From an uncultured delta proteobacterium (lineage in GTDB: Bacteria; Myxococcota_A; Polyangia; Palsa-1104), in the NCBI GenBank assembly GCA_963785725.1, contig CAWAWS010000020.1, positions 288,001 to 352,000 on the forward strand: 64,000 nt of DNA. Reading direction: 5' to 3'. The notes beneath the pieces were generated by a model. The model worked only from the letters and a program-made list of their open reading frames with translations. It had not been told where the DNA came from and ran no database searches. Positions 1 to 10,327 of this stretch are shown here, one piece after another (position 1 is the first letter of the stretch; every line of letters begins with the position of its first letter). A program made the translations under genes and the position numbers.

Positions 1-21
1 TTCGGCCTGCCCAGTTGCGCC

Positions 22-510
22 TCACCAGCGCAGCTGCGCCGACAGCCCGGCGGAGGCGGGTCCGACGTCGACGTCGAGCTGCCAGCGCCGCTCGTGGATG
101 TCGGCCAGCTCGGCTGCGGCCACCACGGCCAAGAGTGCACCGATGACCTGCACATTGCCGGAGGAGAAGAGCCGCGAGTTGTTCTCCCGCTCGAAGTTGC
201 GCGCGCCGGAGGCGAAGGCGCCGACGATGGGCAGACTATCGACGGCGCGCACGCTGCCGGGAAGCGAAAAGGCGTAGGCCGTCCCGGCGACATAGGCCGG
301 GACGAAGAGCGTCAGGCCGACCATCAGCAGCGCGAGCGCCGTGTGCTCTTCGGCCTTGAGCGCGCCCAAGGCGCAGGCACACGGGCAGCAAGGCGGCGCT
401 TCGAGCACCGGCGGCGGTAGCGGCGCGCAGTCGTTAGGTGCGGCGCTGACACGATGTGCGGTCGTGACCAGCAAGAGCGTCGCCAATGCGAGGCGGTTGG
501 TCGTGCACAT
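22..510 (-). CDS. Hypothetical secreted/membrane protein
   Basis: GAGG-type RBS before ATG 510; signal-like N-terminus, Cys/Pro-rich segment, hydrophobic helices, beta-strand-like C-terminus (LSAQLRW). Confidence 0.55.
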   Translation of the reverse strand: MCTTNRLALATLLLVTTAHRVSAAPNDCAPLPPPVLEAPPCCPCACALGALKAEEHTALALLMVGLTLFVPAYVAGTAYAFSLPGSVRAVDSLPIVGAFASGARNFERENNSRLFSSGNVQVIGALLAVVAAAELADIHERRWQLDVDVGPASAGLSAQLRW

Positions 511-717
511 GGTCACCTCTCTTCGCTGGCCCATGTGCGCACGGCGATCGCGTTGGCCATCGGCCGGCTACCTTATTGGTAAGCGTTCGGGCGAACGCCG
601 TCGTGGCGGCGGCTGCGAGAGCGAGCGCGCAGCGACGAGACGGCCTCTCTTCCTGACTTAGCCCGGCGAAGTGATGCGCCTGGCGGAAGCGCGCCAAGGC
701 CAGCGTAGGATGTGCTG

Positions 718-1482
718 ATGCCGGCACGACTCAGCGTCGCCCTTTACCTCCTTTTCGCCAGCGCGCGGGCGCTGGCCGACGTCAGCGTGCCCGCCAGCGC
801 CAGCGACGGCGTCCTGGCCGTCACGGCGTTGCGCGGGCCGTTCGTCTCCATCGAGGCCTATTGCGAGCAGAGCCGGCGCGAGGAGGACAACGTGGTCGAC
901 TGCACGGTGGCGCGACGCCGCGCGCGCACCGCCGCCATCGTCATCCGCTGGGGCGGCCACCAGCGCCACGTCGACCTCGCCATCGAGGACGGTGCCGGCT
1001 GGTGGATCGACGAGGGCATTCTGTACGACAGCAACCGCGGTCGCGGCAGCTTCGTCATCGAGGCGCTGAGCGATGAAACGGGCAGCGCGCGCCTGCGTGC
1101 AGTGGAGGCAGATTGGTGGAAGCCGATCACCGACGCGGAGCTCAATCGCTTCGACCACGACATCTATTACTGCTTCGCCCTCGAGGTGCGCTGCTGGGAG
1201 CGGCCGAGCGGGCCGGTGTGCAGCGTGCCGCTGCCGGTGGCCGGGCGGCGCGACTGCGGCCTCGGCGACGAGCGCGACGAGAAAACCTTCGTCACCGGCC
1301 ATTGGGACTGGGAACAGCAGATTCGTGACTCCGCCGACGGCCGCTCGGTCGAGTTCCACCGTCGCTCGTGGCATCACTTCCCGGCCAACTCACACGGCTA
1401 CGACTCGTGGTTCGAGCAGATGACGAGCCTCGCGCGCACGCTTGCCGACACGCACCGCCGCATTGACGTCACGTCTCGCTGA
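718..1482 (+). CDS. Hypothetical secreted Cys-containing protein
   Basis: Signal peptide ending ALA-D; GC3-rich codons; TAGGAT at 706-711 lies 6 nt before ATG 718. Confidence 0.6.
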   Translation: MPARLSVALYLLFASARALADVSVPASASDGVLAVTALRGPFVSIEAYCEQSRREEDNVVDCTVARRRARTAAIVIRWGGHQRHVDLAIEDGAGWWIDEGILYDSNRGRGSFVIEALSDETGSARLRAVEADWWKPITDAELNRFDHDIYYCFALEVRCWERPSGPVCSVPLPVAGRRDCGLGDERDEKTFVTGHWDWEQQIRDSADGRSVEFHRRSWHHFPANSHGYDSWFEQMTSLARTLADTHRRIDVTSR

Positions 1483-1631
1483 AACAGCCAAGCCGCCGCA
1501 CCGATCGCATAGAATCAGCCCTGTGGCTGCGAAAGAGGAACTGTCGCCGGCCTTGCCCGAAGAGCTCGAGCGCCTACGCACCGAGTACGATCGGCTGCCC
1601 GTGCACGATCGGTCGTCATGTCGGGATCGCG

Positions 1632-2171
1632 CTACTGCAGGTGCGAGGTCCAGCCGAGGTCGCCATCCTCGGTCAGCTTGACCAGGATGAACCCGCTGAT
1701 GAGCGCTCCGTCGGTGGGCTGCAGCGGCTCACCGCCGAGGACGAAGGCTGACGCGCCGTCGGTGGTGCTCGCGACGACGTAGGAGATGGGCAACGCGCGC
1801 AGCCAGAGCTCGTTGCCCTGCCCGTCGATCCGCTGCACCGTTTGCGGACTGGTCTGGCTCTGGTCGCCCGTCGGTCGCATCAGCTCCAGGTGGCTGCCGT
1901 CGGCGAAGTCGAGCAGGCCCACACCAGCGGGCACCCCCGTCAGGCCCGCCAGATCGTCGTCGGAACGGACGTGGCCGTCGTCGTCGATGCTGACACGCTC
2001 GAAGGTGGAGGTGTCTTTCTCGGCCAAGCCGTCGTAGCTCGGACGCACGCCGGAGACGATGACGCCCCCGCCGTCGCGCGGGTCGAGGCGCGAGATCTCG
2101 AGTGCGGGTTTGCTGCAGCCTACGGCGGCGGCGGCCGTGAGCAGCAGCGCCAATGTCAGCGAATCGGACAT
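1632..2171 (-). CDS. Hypothetical lipoprotein, possibly a truncated beta-propeller fragment
   Basis: Lipobox-like AAVGC; repeats such as RIDGQGNELW and KLTEDGDLGW. Confidence 0.55.
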   Translation of the reverse strand: MSDSLTLALLLTAAAAVGCSKPALEISRLDPRDGGGVIVSGVRPSYDGLAEKDTSTFERVSIDDDGHVRSDDDLAGLTGVPAGVGLLDFADGSHLELMRPTGDQSQTSPQTVQRIDGQGNELWLRALPISYVVASTTDGASAFVLGGEPLQPTDGALISGFILVKLTEDGDLGWTSHLQ

Positions 2172-2276
2172 GCCGGCCGCTTGTGCAATGGCCGGACCGC
2201 GCCCGCTCGTCGCCGCAAATCGCTGCTGCGCCAGGCGTTGGCCGACAGCGTCTGACCGCGACCGCCCAGCAGCCGG

Positions 2277-2774
2277 TCAGCTGTTCGGAGGGGTACCCAT
2301 GCGCAGCACGAACGGGTACGAGACGATGACGCTGCCACCACCGTTAGGCGCTGGAAAACGCCACGTCAACATATGGTTTGTGATGCACTGCTCCACTGAC
2401 TGATCCGGCGGCACGGTAGTCTCGATGACAACGGCTCTCTTCACGCTGCCGCTGGGCGCGATCTCGAACTGGGTGACGATGCGCGATTCCCAGGCGCCGA
2501 TTGCTAGACGTTGCTCGAAACAAGCGCGGACTTCACCAAGATGTGTACGAATGACTTGCTGGATCGTTTCCTTCAATAAGGAACCGCCTTTTACCGCCGT
2601 GGATTGGTCGAGAGGCGGCCTCGGGATTGTTTCCTTTGGAAAAGACCCCTTCGATTCGTCGACAGGCGCGCTGGCTACCTGCTCGACTGTTTTCGGTGGC
2701 AAGGAGCGGTGCGTGGCCGTCGTTGAGGCGTGGCACCCCAGCAAGAAGAAGCTCGTCAACCAGATCGCACGCAC
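2277..2774 (-). CDS. AgmX/PglI C-terminal (TonB-C-like) domain lipoprotein
   Basis: IQQVIRTHLGEVRACFEQ...FEIAPSGSV...VEQCI...WRFPAPNGGGSVIVSYPF; lipobox FLLGC after GTG 2774. Confidence 0.75.
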   Translation of the reverse strand: MRAIWLTSFFLLGCHASTTATHRSLPPKTVEQVASAPVDESKGSFPKETIPRPPLDQSTAVKGGSLLKETIQQVIRTHLGEVRACFEQRLAIGAWESRIVTQFEIAPSGSVKRAVVIETTVPPDQSVEQCITNHMLTWRFPAPNGGGSVIVSYPFVLRMGTPPNS

Positions 2775-3069
2775 GCTCGCACCGTAATCCAGCGCTACAT
2801 CTGGCCGCAATAGCGGACCTGAGCAGCCTCGAACCGTAACCATAGAGAGGCACCACCAAGGGCACCTGTGCCCTCGGTGGACTCTCACGTAGGTCCCCGC
2901 CGTTGCCGAAGTCGTCCGCCTCGAAGTCCCCCCGCAAACAGCTGTCCGGTCATCAAAAGCGTCAGCGTGCGATCCCAAAGGCTGCCCAGAAGCTGGCCGC
3001 CCAAATGGATGGTGATGCTGCCCGCGATTGGCTCCAGCTCGCCGCCGCAGCCCCGCGAAGAGGGTGCCG

Positions 3070-3732
3070 CCGAAGCCACGAGCGCGAAGGAGCTGGTCAC
3101 GCTCCGTGCTGCGCTGAAGCTGGCACGCCGGAAGGGCTTATGGCTAGGCGACGTCGCTGGTGTCGTTCCGATCGCCTTCTCAGCGGAGTACAAGCCAGAG
3201 ACGCGCTTCCTGACGCGCGACGAACTCGGCAAGCTCCTCGCTGAGCTGCAGCCCGACCGCGCCGCGCGTGTCGCCTTCATCGTGGCCACGAGCGCATCTT
3301 GCAAGGAGTCCGAAGCGCGACGCGAGGATGTGGCAGAGAATCTGGCGCTGTCCTGCTGCGCGGTACGAAGCGGTCGACGTGCTACCGCACCGTTCCGATC
3401 GTCAGCCAGGAGCAGAAGGCGCTCTTGCAGCTCGCGATGAAGTTCGCCCAGGGCACGGACGGCATGCTGTTCACGCCATGAGGCAACAACGTCCATCGTG
3501 ACATTCACGCGGCCTGCTAGCGCGCCGGCATCGACCTATGCAGCCCGAACGACCTGCGTCGAACTTTGGGACGTGGATGCGAGCCGACGGCGTCCAGCCT
3601 CACCTCATTGGCGCAATGATGGGGCACAGCGACTCGCGCATGGTCGAGCGCGTCTATGGCCGGTTGCCCATCAACGACCTGCGTGCGGCTGTGGCAGCGT
3701 CCTTGGGCGTGCAGATCTCGACGGAGAAGTAG
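3070..3732 (+). pseudogene. Degenerate tyrosine recombinase/integrase (C-terminal catalytic part)
   Basis: Joined across frames: RFLTRDELGKLL...LRGTK...RTVPI...SPNDLRRTFGTWM...MMGHSDSRMVERVY; contains in-frame stops and frameshifts; left boundary approximate. Confidence 0.8.
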
Positions 3733-3844
3733 AATCCGAAGAGCCAACCGGACTGCATCACTGATGTAGCAGACTCGGCGGATTCAGCCGGATTTAATGG
3801 ACTGGGACTTGATGCAGAAACTGCCGAAACTCTTGAAAGCCTAG

Positions 3845-3917
3845 TGCTCGGACCCGGAATCGAACCAGGGACACGCGGATTTTCAATCCGCTGCTCTACC
3901 AGCTGAGCTATCCGAGC
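3845..3917 (-). tRNA. tRNA-Phe (GAA), CCA not encoded
   Basis: Reverse strand GCTCGGATAGCTCAGCTGGTAGAGCAGCGGATTGAAAATCCGCGTGTCCCTGGTTCGATTCCGGGTCCGAGCA folds as a cloverleaf with anticodon GAA. Confidence 0.95.
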
Positions 3918-4080
3918 GATGAAGCGGAGGATTTGTTATCTCATGCGCCGCCCTCCGTCAAGCCCGCCGCGCATCAAGGTTGCACTTCTTTCGCCAGCCG
4001 CCGACCCGACTCGCCGGCGCCGCCAACGCTGTCGCTCCCGGCACGCGGCCTGCTCGCCGCGGCGCCGTGAAGCGCCGCGA

Positions 4081-4191
4081 CTACGCTCGCACCTCGTGCA
4101 GCAGCTCGGCGGCGATGCCTGCGGTGAGCGCAGGATCGTCGAACATGGACAGCGGCCACGCGAGCGCAGACGCGGAATCGGCGGAGTCCAT
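4081..4191 (-). CDS. Putative 36-aa small protein (MDSADSASALAWPLSMFDDPALTAGIAAELLHEVRA)
   Basis: Translated by hand; TATGCT -10 element 6 nt upstream of ATG; GC3-rich codons. Confidence 0.35.
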   Translation of the reverse strand: MDSADSASALAWPLSMFDDPALTAGIAAELLHEVRA

Positions 4192-4358
4192 CGGCGCAGC
4201 ATACGGCATCCCGGCGGCGTCCAAGCGCGGCGTCATGTCGCAAGCTCACCGCGCAATCGCGCGACTGGGACACGCGCATGCCGCGATGCTCGCGAACGAA
4301 CGCTCGCGCCTGGGCGCCACCGGCTCGCGCCTGCGTGGAGCCGAGCGACGACCCGTGC

Positions 4359-5225
4359 TCAGCGACGCCAGGCGCGCAAGCGGCTCGGCGTCGACGCGAG
4401 CCGCGCGAGCCGATTGTAGACGGCGTCGATGCGCCGCGCGACCGCGAGCGCACCGTCGCCGACGGCACCTTGGACGCGCGCACGTTCGACGATCGGCGTC
4501 ATCAGCCGCACCTGCTCGCGCAGCACGTGCGTCTCGAGCGGCACGAAGTCGTCGAACACGCTCACCGGCGCCGCCAGCCGCGGCAAGAGCGCGTCGGCCT
4601 CTTCGCCGCGCACGTAGAAGCGATTGAGGCCGTCGAACGCCCCGAAGCGATAGTCGGCCGCGAGCAGCAGCGCTTCCCAGCGTGAATGCGTCGGCGTCTG
4701 CGTGTTCGGCTGCGTCGCCTCGATCATGATGACGCGCGGGCGAAAGCGCGCGAAATCGCCGCCGAGCAGCACGTCGCGCTCGTGGCCTTCGACGTCGATG
4801 GACAAGAAATCGATGACGCGGTCGGCGGCGTGCGCGGCGCAGACGGCGGCGAGCGTCGTGACCGCGACCGTGCGCTTGGCGAACGCGAAGCCGGCGCGAC
4901 GATGGCGCTGCGCTTGGTCGGCCGACAGCGTCGAGAGGCCGATCGCGTCGGCGCGGCCCTCCCAGAGCTCGAGCCGGCCGGGCGCGCTCGACAACGCCAC
5001 GTCGAGCGTCACGTCGCGCGGTCGCTCGGTCGCGTACAGCGCTTGCAGCGCCGCGATCGGCTCGATGTTGATGCCGTGCCAGCCGGCGTCGTAGAAGTGC
5101 CGCGTCACCGAGGATCCCGTCGGATGGTGGGCGCCGACGTCGACGTAGAACCCCGTCGGTTGACCCCGAAAAACGCGCGCTAACAGCACATCTTCTCTGT
5201 TGTCGGCATACGAGATCATCGACAT
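4359..5225 (-). CDS. FkbM family SAM-dependent methyltransferase
   Basis: SYADNREDVLL, GFYVDVGAHHP, GWHGINIEP, IDFLSIDVEGHE, RPRVIMIE, FDGLNRFY. Confidence 0.9.
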   Translation of the reverse strand: MSMISYADNREDVLLARVFRGQPTGFYVDVGAHHPTGSSVTRHFYDAGWHGINIEPIAALQALYATERPRDVTLDVALSSAPGRLELWEGRADAIGLSTLSADQAQRHRRAGFAFAKRTVAVTTLAAVCAAHAADRVIDFLSIDVEGHERDVLLGGDFARFRPRVIMIEATQPNTQTPTHSRWEALLLAADYRFGAFDGLNRFYVRGEEADALLPRLAAPVSVFDDFVPLETHVLREQVRLMTPIVERARVQGAVGDGALAVARRIDAVYNRLARLASTPSRLRAWRR

Positions 5226-5476
5226 CGCGCGTTCATACGACGAATGGCCCAGCAGCGGAAGTCGTCGCGCGCGAATGAAGTTGGCCACAGCGTGACGCCA
5301 ACATTGACCGCGGTCACACGGCCTAGCGCGGATACGTGCGTTCCGAGCCGCGACGAAGACGCGTATGAATATCCTCCGCCAACGTCGCGTTGAGCATTCG
5401 TCAGGTCGTTTGTTGCCGCCGTGCGTATACGGCGTTTGGGGCGCCATCGAGCGCTCGTCAAGGGGAGAATTCGCAC

Positions 5477-6049
5477 ATGAATAAGCTGGTCAAGTTGTCG
5501 TCGGTCGCGGTTTCGTTGTTCGTGCTCGCGGGCTGCGCGCCGCAGTGGCAGGTCGTGCATATGGCGCAGCCGAATCCGCTGCTGCATCAGCGCAACTTCA
5601 TCGTCGAGCCGATGCACTTCGAGCACGTGCTCGTCGGCGCCAAGACCGAGGACGCCTATCTCGCCGGCAAGACGCCCGAGACCGTCGCGACTTGGCAGGG
5701 CGACAAGGCGGAGATGAACAACCTGTTCCTGCAGAGCGTCGCCGGCCACGCCGTCGGCCTGCAGGTCGGACCGGCGCTGCAGCAGCCGGCCGCGGGCACG
5801 TTCATCCTGCGCCCGATCTGCACGTTCATCGAGGTCGGCACCTACAACGGGTTCGTCAACATCGACAGCCGCGTCGACGTGACCGTGCAGGTCCTCGACG
5901 CCGCCGGCGCGCTCGTCGACGAAGTCGCCGTCCGCGCGCGCATCCCGGCCTCGATCTACAACCCGTCGAGCGGCGGCCGCCTGCGCAGCGGCTCCAAGCA
6001 GCTCGGCGCCAACATCGCCGGCTACCTGCGTTCGCGCACGGGGGCCTAG
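5477..6049 (+). CDS. Lipoprotein of unknown function (DUF4410-like)
   Basis: GGAG RBS; lipobox LAGC; strongly host-like codon usage. Confidence 0.7.
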   Translation: MNKLVKLSSVAVSLFVLAGCAPQWQVVHMAQPNPLLHQRNFIVEPMHFEHVLVGAKTEDAYLAGKTPETVATWQGDKAEMNNLFLQSVAGHAVGLQVGPALQQPAAGTFILRPICTFIEVGTYNGFVNIDSRVDVTVQVLDAAGALVDEVAVRARIPASIYNPSSGGRLRSGSKQLGANIAGYLRSRTGA

Positions 6050-6736
6050 CGCGTCAGCCGCACGTCCGTCGCTTGGGGGTTCCGTGGACCGTAGGCACAG
6101 ATCCTACAATCATGATTTCGTTGTCTCTACGATGCTCTTGGCTGAGTCGTCGTCCAACACACTGACGACGTGCGTTCGCGTACTTACGATCGGCTCGGCT
6201 AGTGCGTGATCCTACGCTCGCGCCGCTTGGGCGCCAGCATCCGATGCGGCGCTGTTTACCGATTTCATTTTCCAAGAAAAAGAGCGCAGTCGCTTTCCAT
6301 GGCGACCGTCGGAAATATCGAAGCGAATGGGAGGCAACCACTCCTTGCGCGATCCGTCGGAGCGCGAGTGATAAGCTCGTGCCGGTCACCGGACGGCTTC
6401 ATGCGTGGTGTGCAACCTCCGCGGCTGTCGGTTCCCGGTAGGAAAATCGCCTAGATGTGCGCGAGCCGACGTCGTCGTCACCGGTGCCCCGCACGGCCGA
6501 TCGGGCTTCCCGCGGACACACATGAGCGCCTGCGCGCCGACGTACGCCGCGCGGTCGCCGCCGCGCTCAAACATCGCCGTACCGCCCCGCTTCGCGAGCG
6601 CTATCGGATCGCTGAAAGAGCCCCTCATGACGATCGGACGCATCGAAGCCACGCCCAAGATTACGGCACTTCCCGACGAGGCGCGCACGGTCGACGGCAA
6701 GGTCACGCGACAGTTGTCGTGCGCTAAGCTGCGGCC

Positions 6737-7291
6737 GTGGCGCTCTTTCAACTCATTGATCGCGAGCAGATCCTGCCGCCGGAAGGCACGAGCCGCGAAG
6801 GCTTGGCGCTCGACGTGAAGGCAAGACCGACCACGGACCCGTTCGAGATGGGCAAGGACATGGCGGCGTTCGCCAACGCCACCGGTGGCGTGATTTTGGT
6901 GGGGGCGAACGACTCGGCCGGCCTCATCACTTACAAGCCGCTCCTGACCGAAAAGGAAGCCGACGACGCCAAGCGAAACTACGAAGTCTCGCTGCGTGAT
7001 CGACTCTCGCCGGCCCCGAGAGTCGATATCCTTGTCATTGCAACGCGAGGCAAGTTTCTCGTGGCGGTGAACGTATGGCCATCTCCAGGCCAACCAGTCG
7101 GCGTCAGCATCGGCGGAAGCAGGAGCAGCCCAAGCGCGGGCTTCGCCTTTCCCGTCCGCGTCGGCTCGCAGACAGAATGGTAACTACCGGAGCAACTTTC
7201 GATGTTGATGGTGCCTGCTGTCCGAAACGCCGCGATCCTGCTTGAACAGATTCTGCTCGCAGAGCCGAGGCCGAATCGAGGTGTGCACTGA
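6737..7291 (+). pseudogene. AlbA_2/Schlafen-like domain protein with an internal stop at 7181-7183
   Basis: EGLALDVK...KDMAAFANATGGVILVGA motif; the frame continues coding-like (LPEQLSMLMVPAVRNAAILLEQI) after TAA. Confidence 0.7.
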
Positions 7292-7680
7292 AAGCAGCGA
7301 GAGGACCTGTTCGGAAATTTCCGGCTCCACGACGTTGAGCCCCAAGCAATAGCGTCGTGTGAGGGACCAATTGCACTTAGAACGGCCGACGCGTGAGTAG
7401 CGTACTTTGAAGCCGGGAGTCGGGCATATGTGGAGGTTGCCTCACTCAGTATCTTCTAGTCGATCCGTTCCGCAGTGTGCTTGCTGCCGTCTTCCATGGA
7501 GATCTCCTGGTTGCGCTCCGAAGTCGACAACCTCGTCGGCGTGACACACATTTCAGCGAGGCAGCAACGCGCCGCACGCTCTGCTGTTGCGGTAGATCTA
7601 CTCAGGTTCGCGCCAGAAACACTGCTCACGTCACGGGCAGCCGCGACCGAGTAAAGCTGCAAGAGGGGGCATGCTGGTGG

Positions 7681-8868
7681 TCAGTGGGCTGTAGGAACCT
7701 CGAATTCGCCACTCTGATCGGCGTCACCGACCCGGGCGAGTTCAGCGTCATAGCTCGCCAGAATCAACGGCTTCAACTTCCCGATCTCCTGCACGGATTT
7801 TATATTGACCCTCGACTCTCCGTAACCGCCGCCGTCGATCGCCTCGACGCTGGGAAGGAGTCGCTTCGCCTCATCGGCGCGAACATGTCGGAAGGCTATC
7901 CACAACGGTGCGCGTTCGACACCGAGCCTGATGAACCACTTGCGTATGTTTTTCTGAATGATCGTGAAGTAGCTCTTGGAGTCGCGGTACTGCACGACCG
8001 CGTCAGGTCGAGCCTCTTTCACGATTTTGAAGACGATGTTCCAGGCTTCCAGCTCCTCTGCCGTCGTGACGATGCCATCGCGCGCCTCGATCGTTACGAC
8101 CGGTAAGGGAGGAACGATCTCGACGGCGGGCGGTGGCGGGGGCGGTTCGTGCGGCTGCGTAAAGGATCGGGCCACGTGGTCCACGATCGATGCCTGCATC
8201 GCCTTCTTCAGAATCGGCGTCAACCGCTCCACGACCTTGGCCGTGACTCGTCCGACCGCAGGGATTTCGCTCGCAACGAACCGCACGAAGTTCTCGCCTG
8301 GATCCCGAAGCTGCGCCGACACGAAGCTCACCAACACGTTGTAGTAGACCATCTCCTCGGCCAAACCGACGATCTGATCGGCGACGAAGTCCGACTTGCG
8401 AAACTTCTTGATGGCCTCGATCTCGGCCGGCTTGGCCGAGCGGATGTCGAACTCCAGCCATGGCTTGTCGTCCATGATGTTCTGTTGCTGGAGATCGGTG
8501 AATACGCGGTATTGAACACCGTTCGTCAGGACTGCCACGCGCACCGAGGGCGTCGCGTTGAAGTAGCGGGCGAGCTGAGCGTCGTGGTCGCTGATCGTCG
8601 CGTCTGCTGCTTTGCACTCGATGAAGATCGCCGGCTCGCCGTTGATACGCACGGCGTAGTCGATCTTCTCCATTTGGCCGCGGGCCTTCTTCTCCGCGAA
8701 GTCGGCGATGTATTCGGGCTGCAGCTCGCGCGGGTCGTAAACGTCGTAACCAAGGATTTGGAAGAACGGAATAACGAGCGCCTGCTTCGTCGCCTCCTCT
8801 CCGTGGATGTGTGGCAGTCGCGATTTCACTTGTTCCGCATGCCGTAGCACGTCTTCTTCAAACGCCAT
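7681..8868 (-). CDS. Type I restriction enzyme HsdR N-terminal domain (PD-D/ExK) nuclease, standalone
   Basis: EEATKQALVIPFFQILGYDV, EKIDYA, FIECK, QLARYF, LTNG motifs. Confidence 0.85.
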   Translation of the reverse strand: MAFEEDVLRHAEQVKSRLPHIHGEEATKQALVIPFFQILGYDVYDPRELQPEYIADFAEKKARGQMEKIDYAVRINGEPAIFIECKAADATISDHDAQLARYFNATPSVRVAVLTNGVQYRVFTDLQQQNIMDDKPWLEFDIRSAKPAEIEAIKKFRKSDFVADQIVGLAEEMVYYNVLVSFVSAQLRDPGENFVRFVASEIPAVGRVTAKVVERLTPILKKAMQASIVDHVARSFTQPHEPPPPPPAVEIVPPLPVVTIEARDGIVTTAEELEAWNIVFKIVKEARPDAVVQYRDSKSYFTIIQKNIRKWFIRLGVERAPLWIAFRHVRADEAKRLLPSVEAIDGGGYGESRVNIKSVQEIGKLKPLILASYDAELARVGDADQSGEFEVPTAH

Positions 8869-9200
8869 CGCGCTCCACCTCCACCCGCCGGTTCCGGTTG
8901 ATGTTGATCAGTCACGTCACAATCGGGGCCACCGGCGATCGTATCCTGGAATGCGGCAACGATCCCATGCGTCAAATTGTCGCAGGACTAACTCGCCGAA
9001 TCGGCTCTGAGAATTGGACTGCCATCAGAATGAGTTGTCGGCTCACCCCGCACACGGTCCGCGGCGACGGCTCATGCTCGAAGACGCGCACGCCGACGAC
9101 ACCAGCGCGATGGCTCCGAGCGCTCGCCAATCGCATAGAATCCGCCCCATGGCTACGAAACAGGAAATGGACGTGCTACGCCCCTGGTGCGCGCGCGGAG

Positions 9201-9639
9201 TTACTGGTCGGACTTGAACGGCTCGCCGTCGACGCCACCGACATCCATCCCATCGTAGTCCAGGCCTTGTTCCGCGGCGAAACCATAGAATTGGTGATTG
9301 CGCGCGTCGAGCGAATCGACGCTGTGCCGCTCAGCGCGTTCGATGTGTAAAGAGTAAAGCGGCGGCGTTCCTGGCTTGGCGTCGGCCGGATAGATCTCGA
9401 CCACTCGATAGCCCTGTGCTGCCAATAATGGCGCGGCGACCTGCAGCTTGCTGCTCGTCGTGACCGGTGAAGTAATAGCCCCACAACAGAGGCTGGCTCG
9501 GGTCGATCCCATCAGCGGTCATGCGGGCGAAGAGGGTAACGACACTAGTGCGATTGATCACAGGCTTGCTCCGCGACGCCGTGGCAACTTCATATTCCCT
9601 ACTCCCCGCAGGCTGTTTTTTGGAGCAGGCCGCGAGCAA
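9201..9639 (-). CDS. RraB-like (ribonuclease E inhibitor fold) protein, frameshifted, with lipoprotein-like N-terminus
   Basis: LLWGYYFT in one frame, LAAQGYRVVEI...GLDYDGMDVG in the next; N-terminal LAAC. Confidence 0.6.
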
Positions 9640-10327
9640 GCCAACCGCGGACGCCGTCGCACCGTCGAGGAGTCTGCCGCCGCTCGATGTTCAGCCCCGG
9701 GCATCGGGGAGGAACTCTACCGCTCCGCCGCGCCCGAGGCTACACCGCGGAGTCATAGGCGATCGATGGGTCTCCGCCCGCCTGCGCCAGCTGCGGCGAC
9801 GCCGCGATCGAGTGCCGCGCGTGCGGAGGATCGGCATCGGGGCACGCGCTCATGTCGACGGGTGTCGTGGCCACTACTGGGCGGCGAAGGTCGCGCGCGC
9901 AGTCGGCACCGTGCGAGATTGGCCAGCGTTCGAAGGCAAGGCGCGTCTGGTCGCGCTGCGATGGGTCGACGATCTAGGCGGCGACCCGGCGACGAAGGAG
10001 CGGCGCGCGCTGTGGTGCTGGCGATGGGCTCAATTCGAGTGGGAGCGGTTGCGCGATCCGAACGCACCGATCGACTACACGAAGTGGCCGCGCTGACGCG
10101 AGCGGCGCGACTACTTACCGTTTTCCGATCATCTCGGCGAAGATGATCCCCATGCGGTAGCCGATGTTGCCGAGCGTGTTGATGGGGCTGTCGACGACGA
10201 GCGCGTTACCGTCGACCTTCATCCGCTGGTGCACGCGCTGCACGATTATCTCCTGAATCAACATGCTGAGGTCAGCAGACTCGGACGCAGGTGGACTCTT
10301 CGAGAGAACAACCTATCGTCGTCCGTC

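Noticed and set aside
6050..6730. Lower-GC intergenic stretch with small hairpins, considered as an ncRNA or riboswitch
   Set aside because: No recognisable RNA family motif; more likely promoter or decayed DNA
8975..9050. TGTCGCAGGACTAACT resembling an IS terminal repeat
   Set aside because: No partner inverted repeat or transposase found nearby
9521..10096. 191-aa plus-strand ORF
   Set aside because: Arg-rich and overlapping the RraB-like gene; only the 3' part might be a gene fragment
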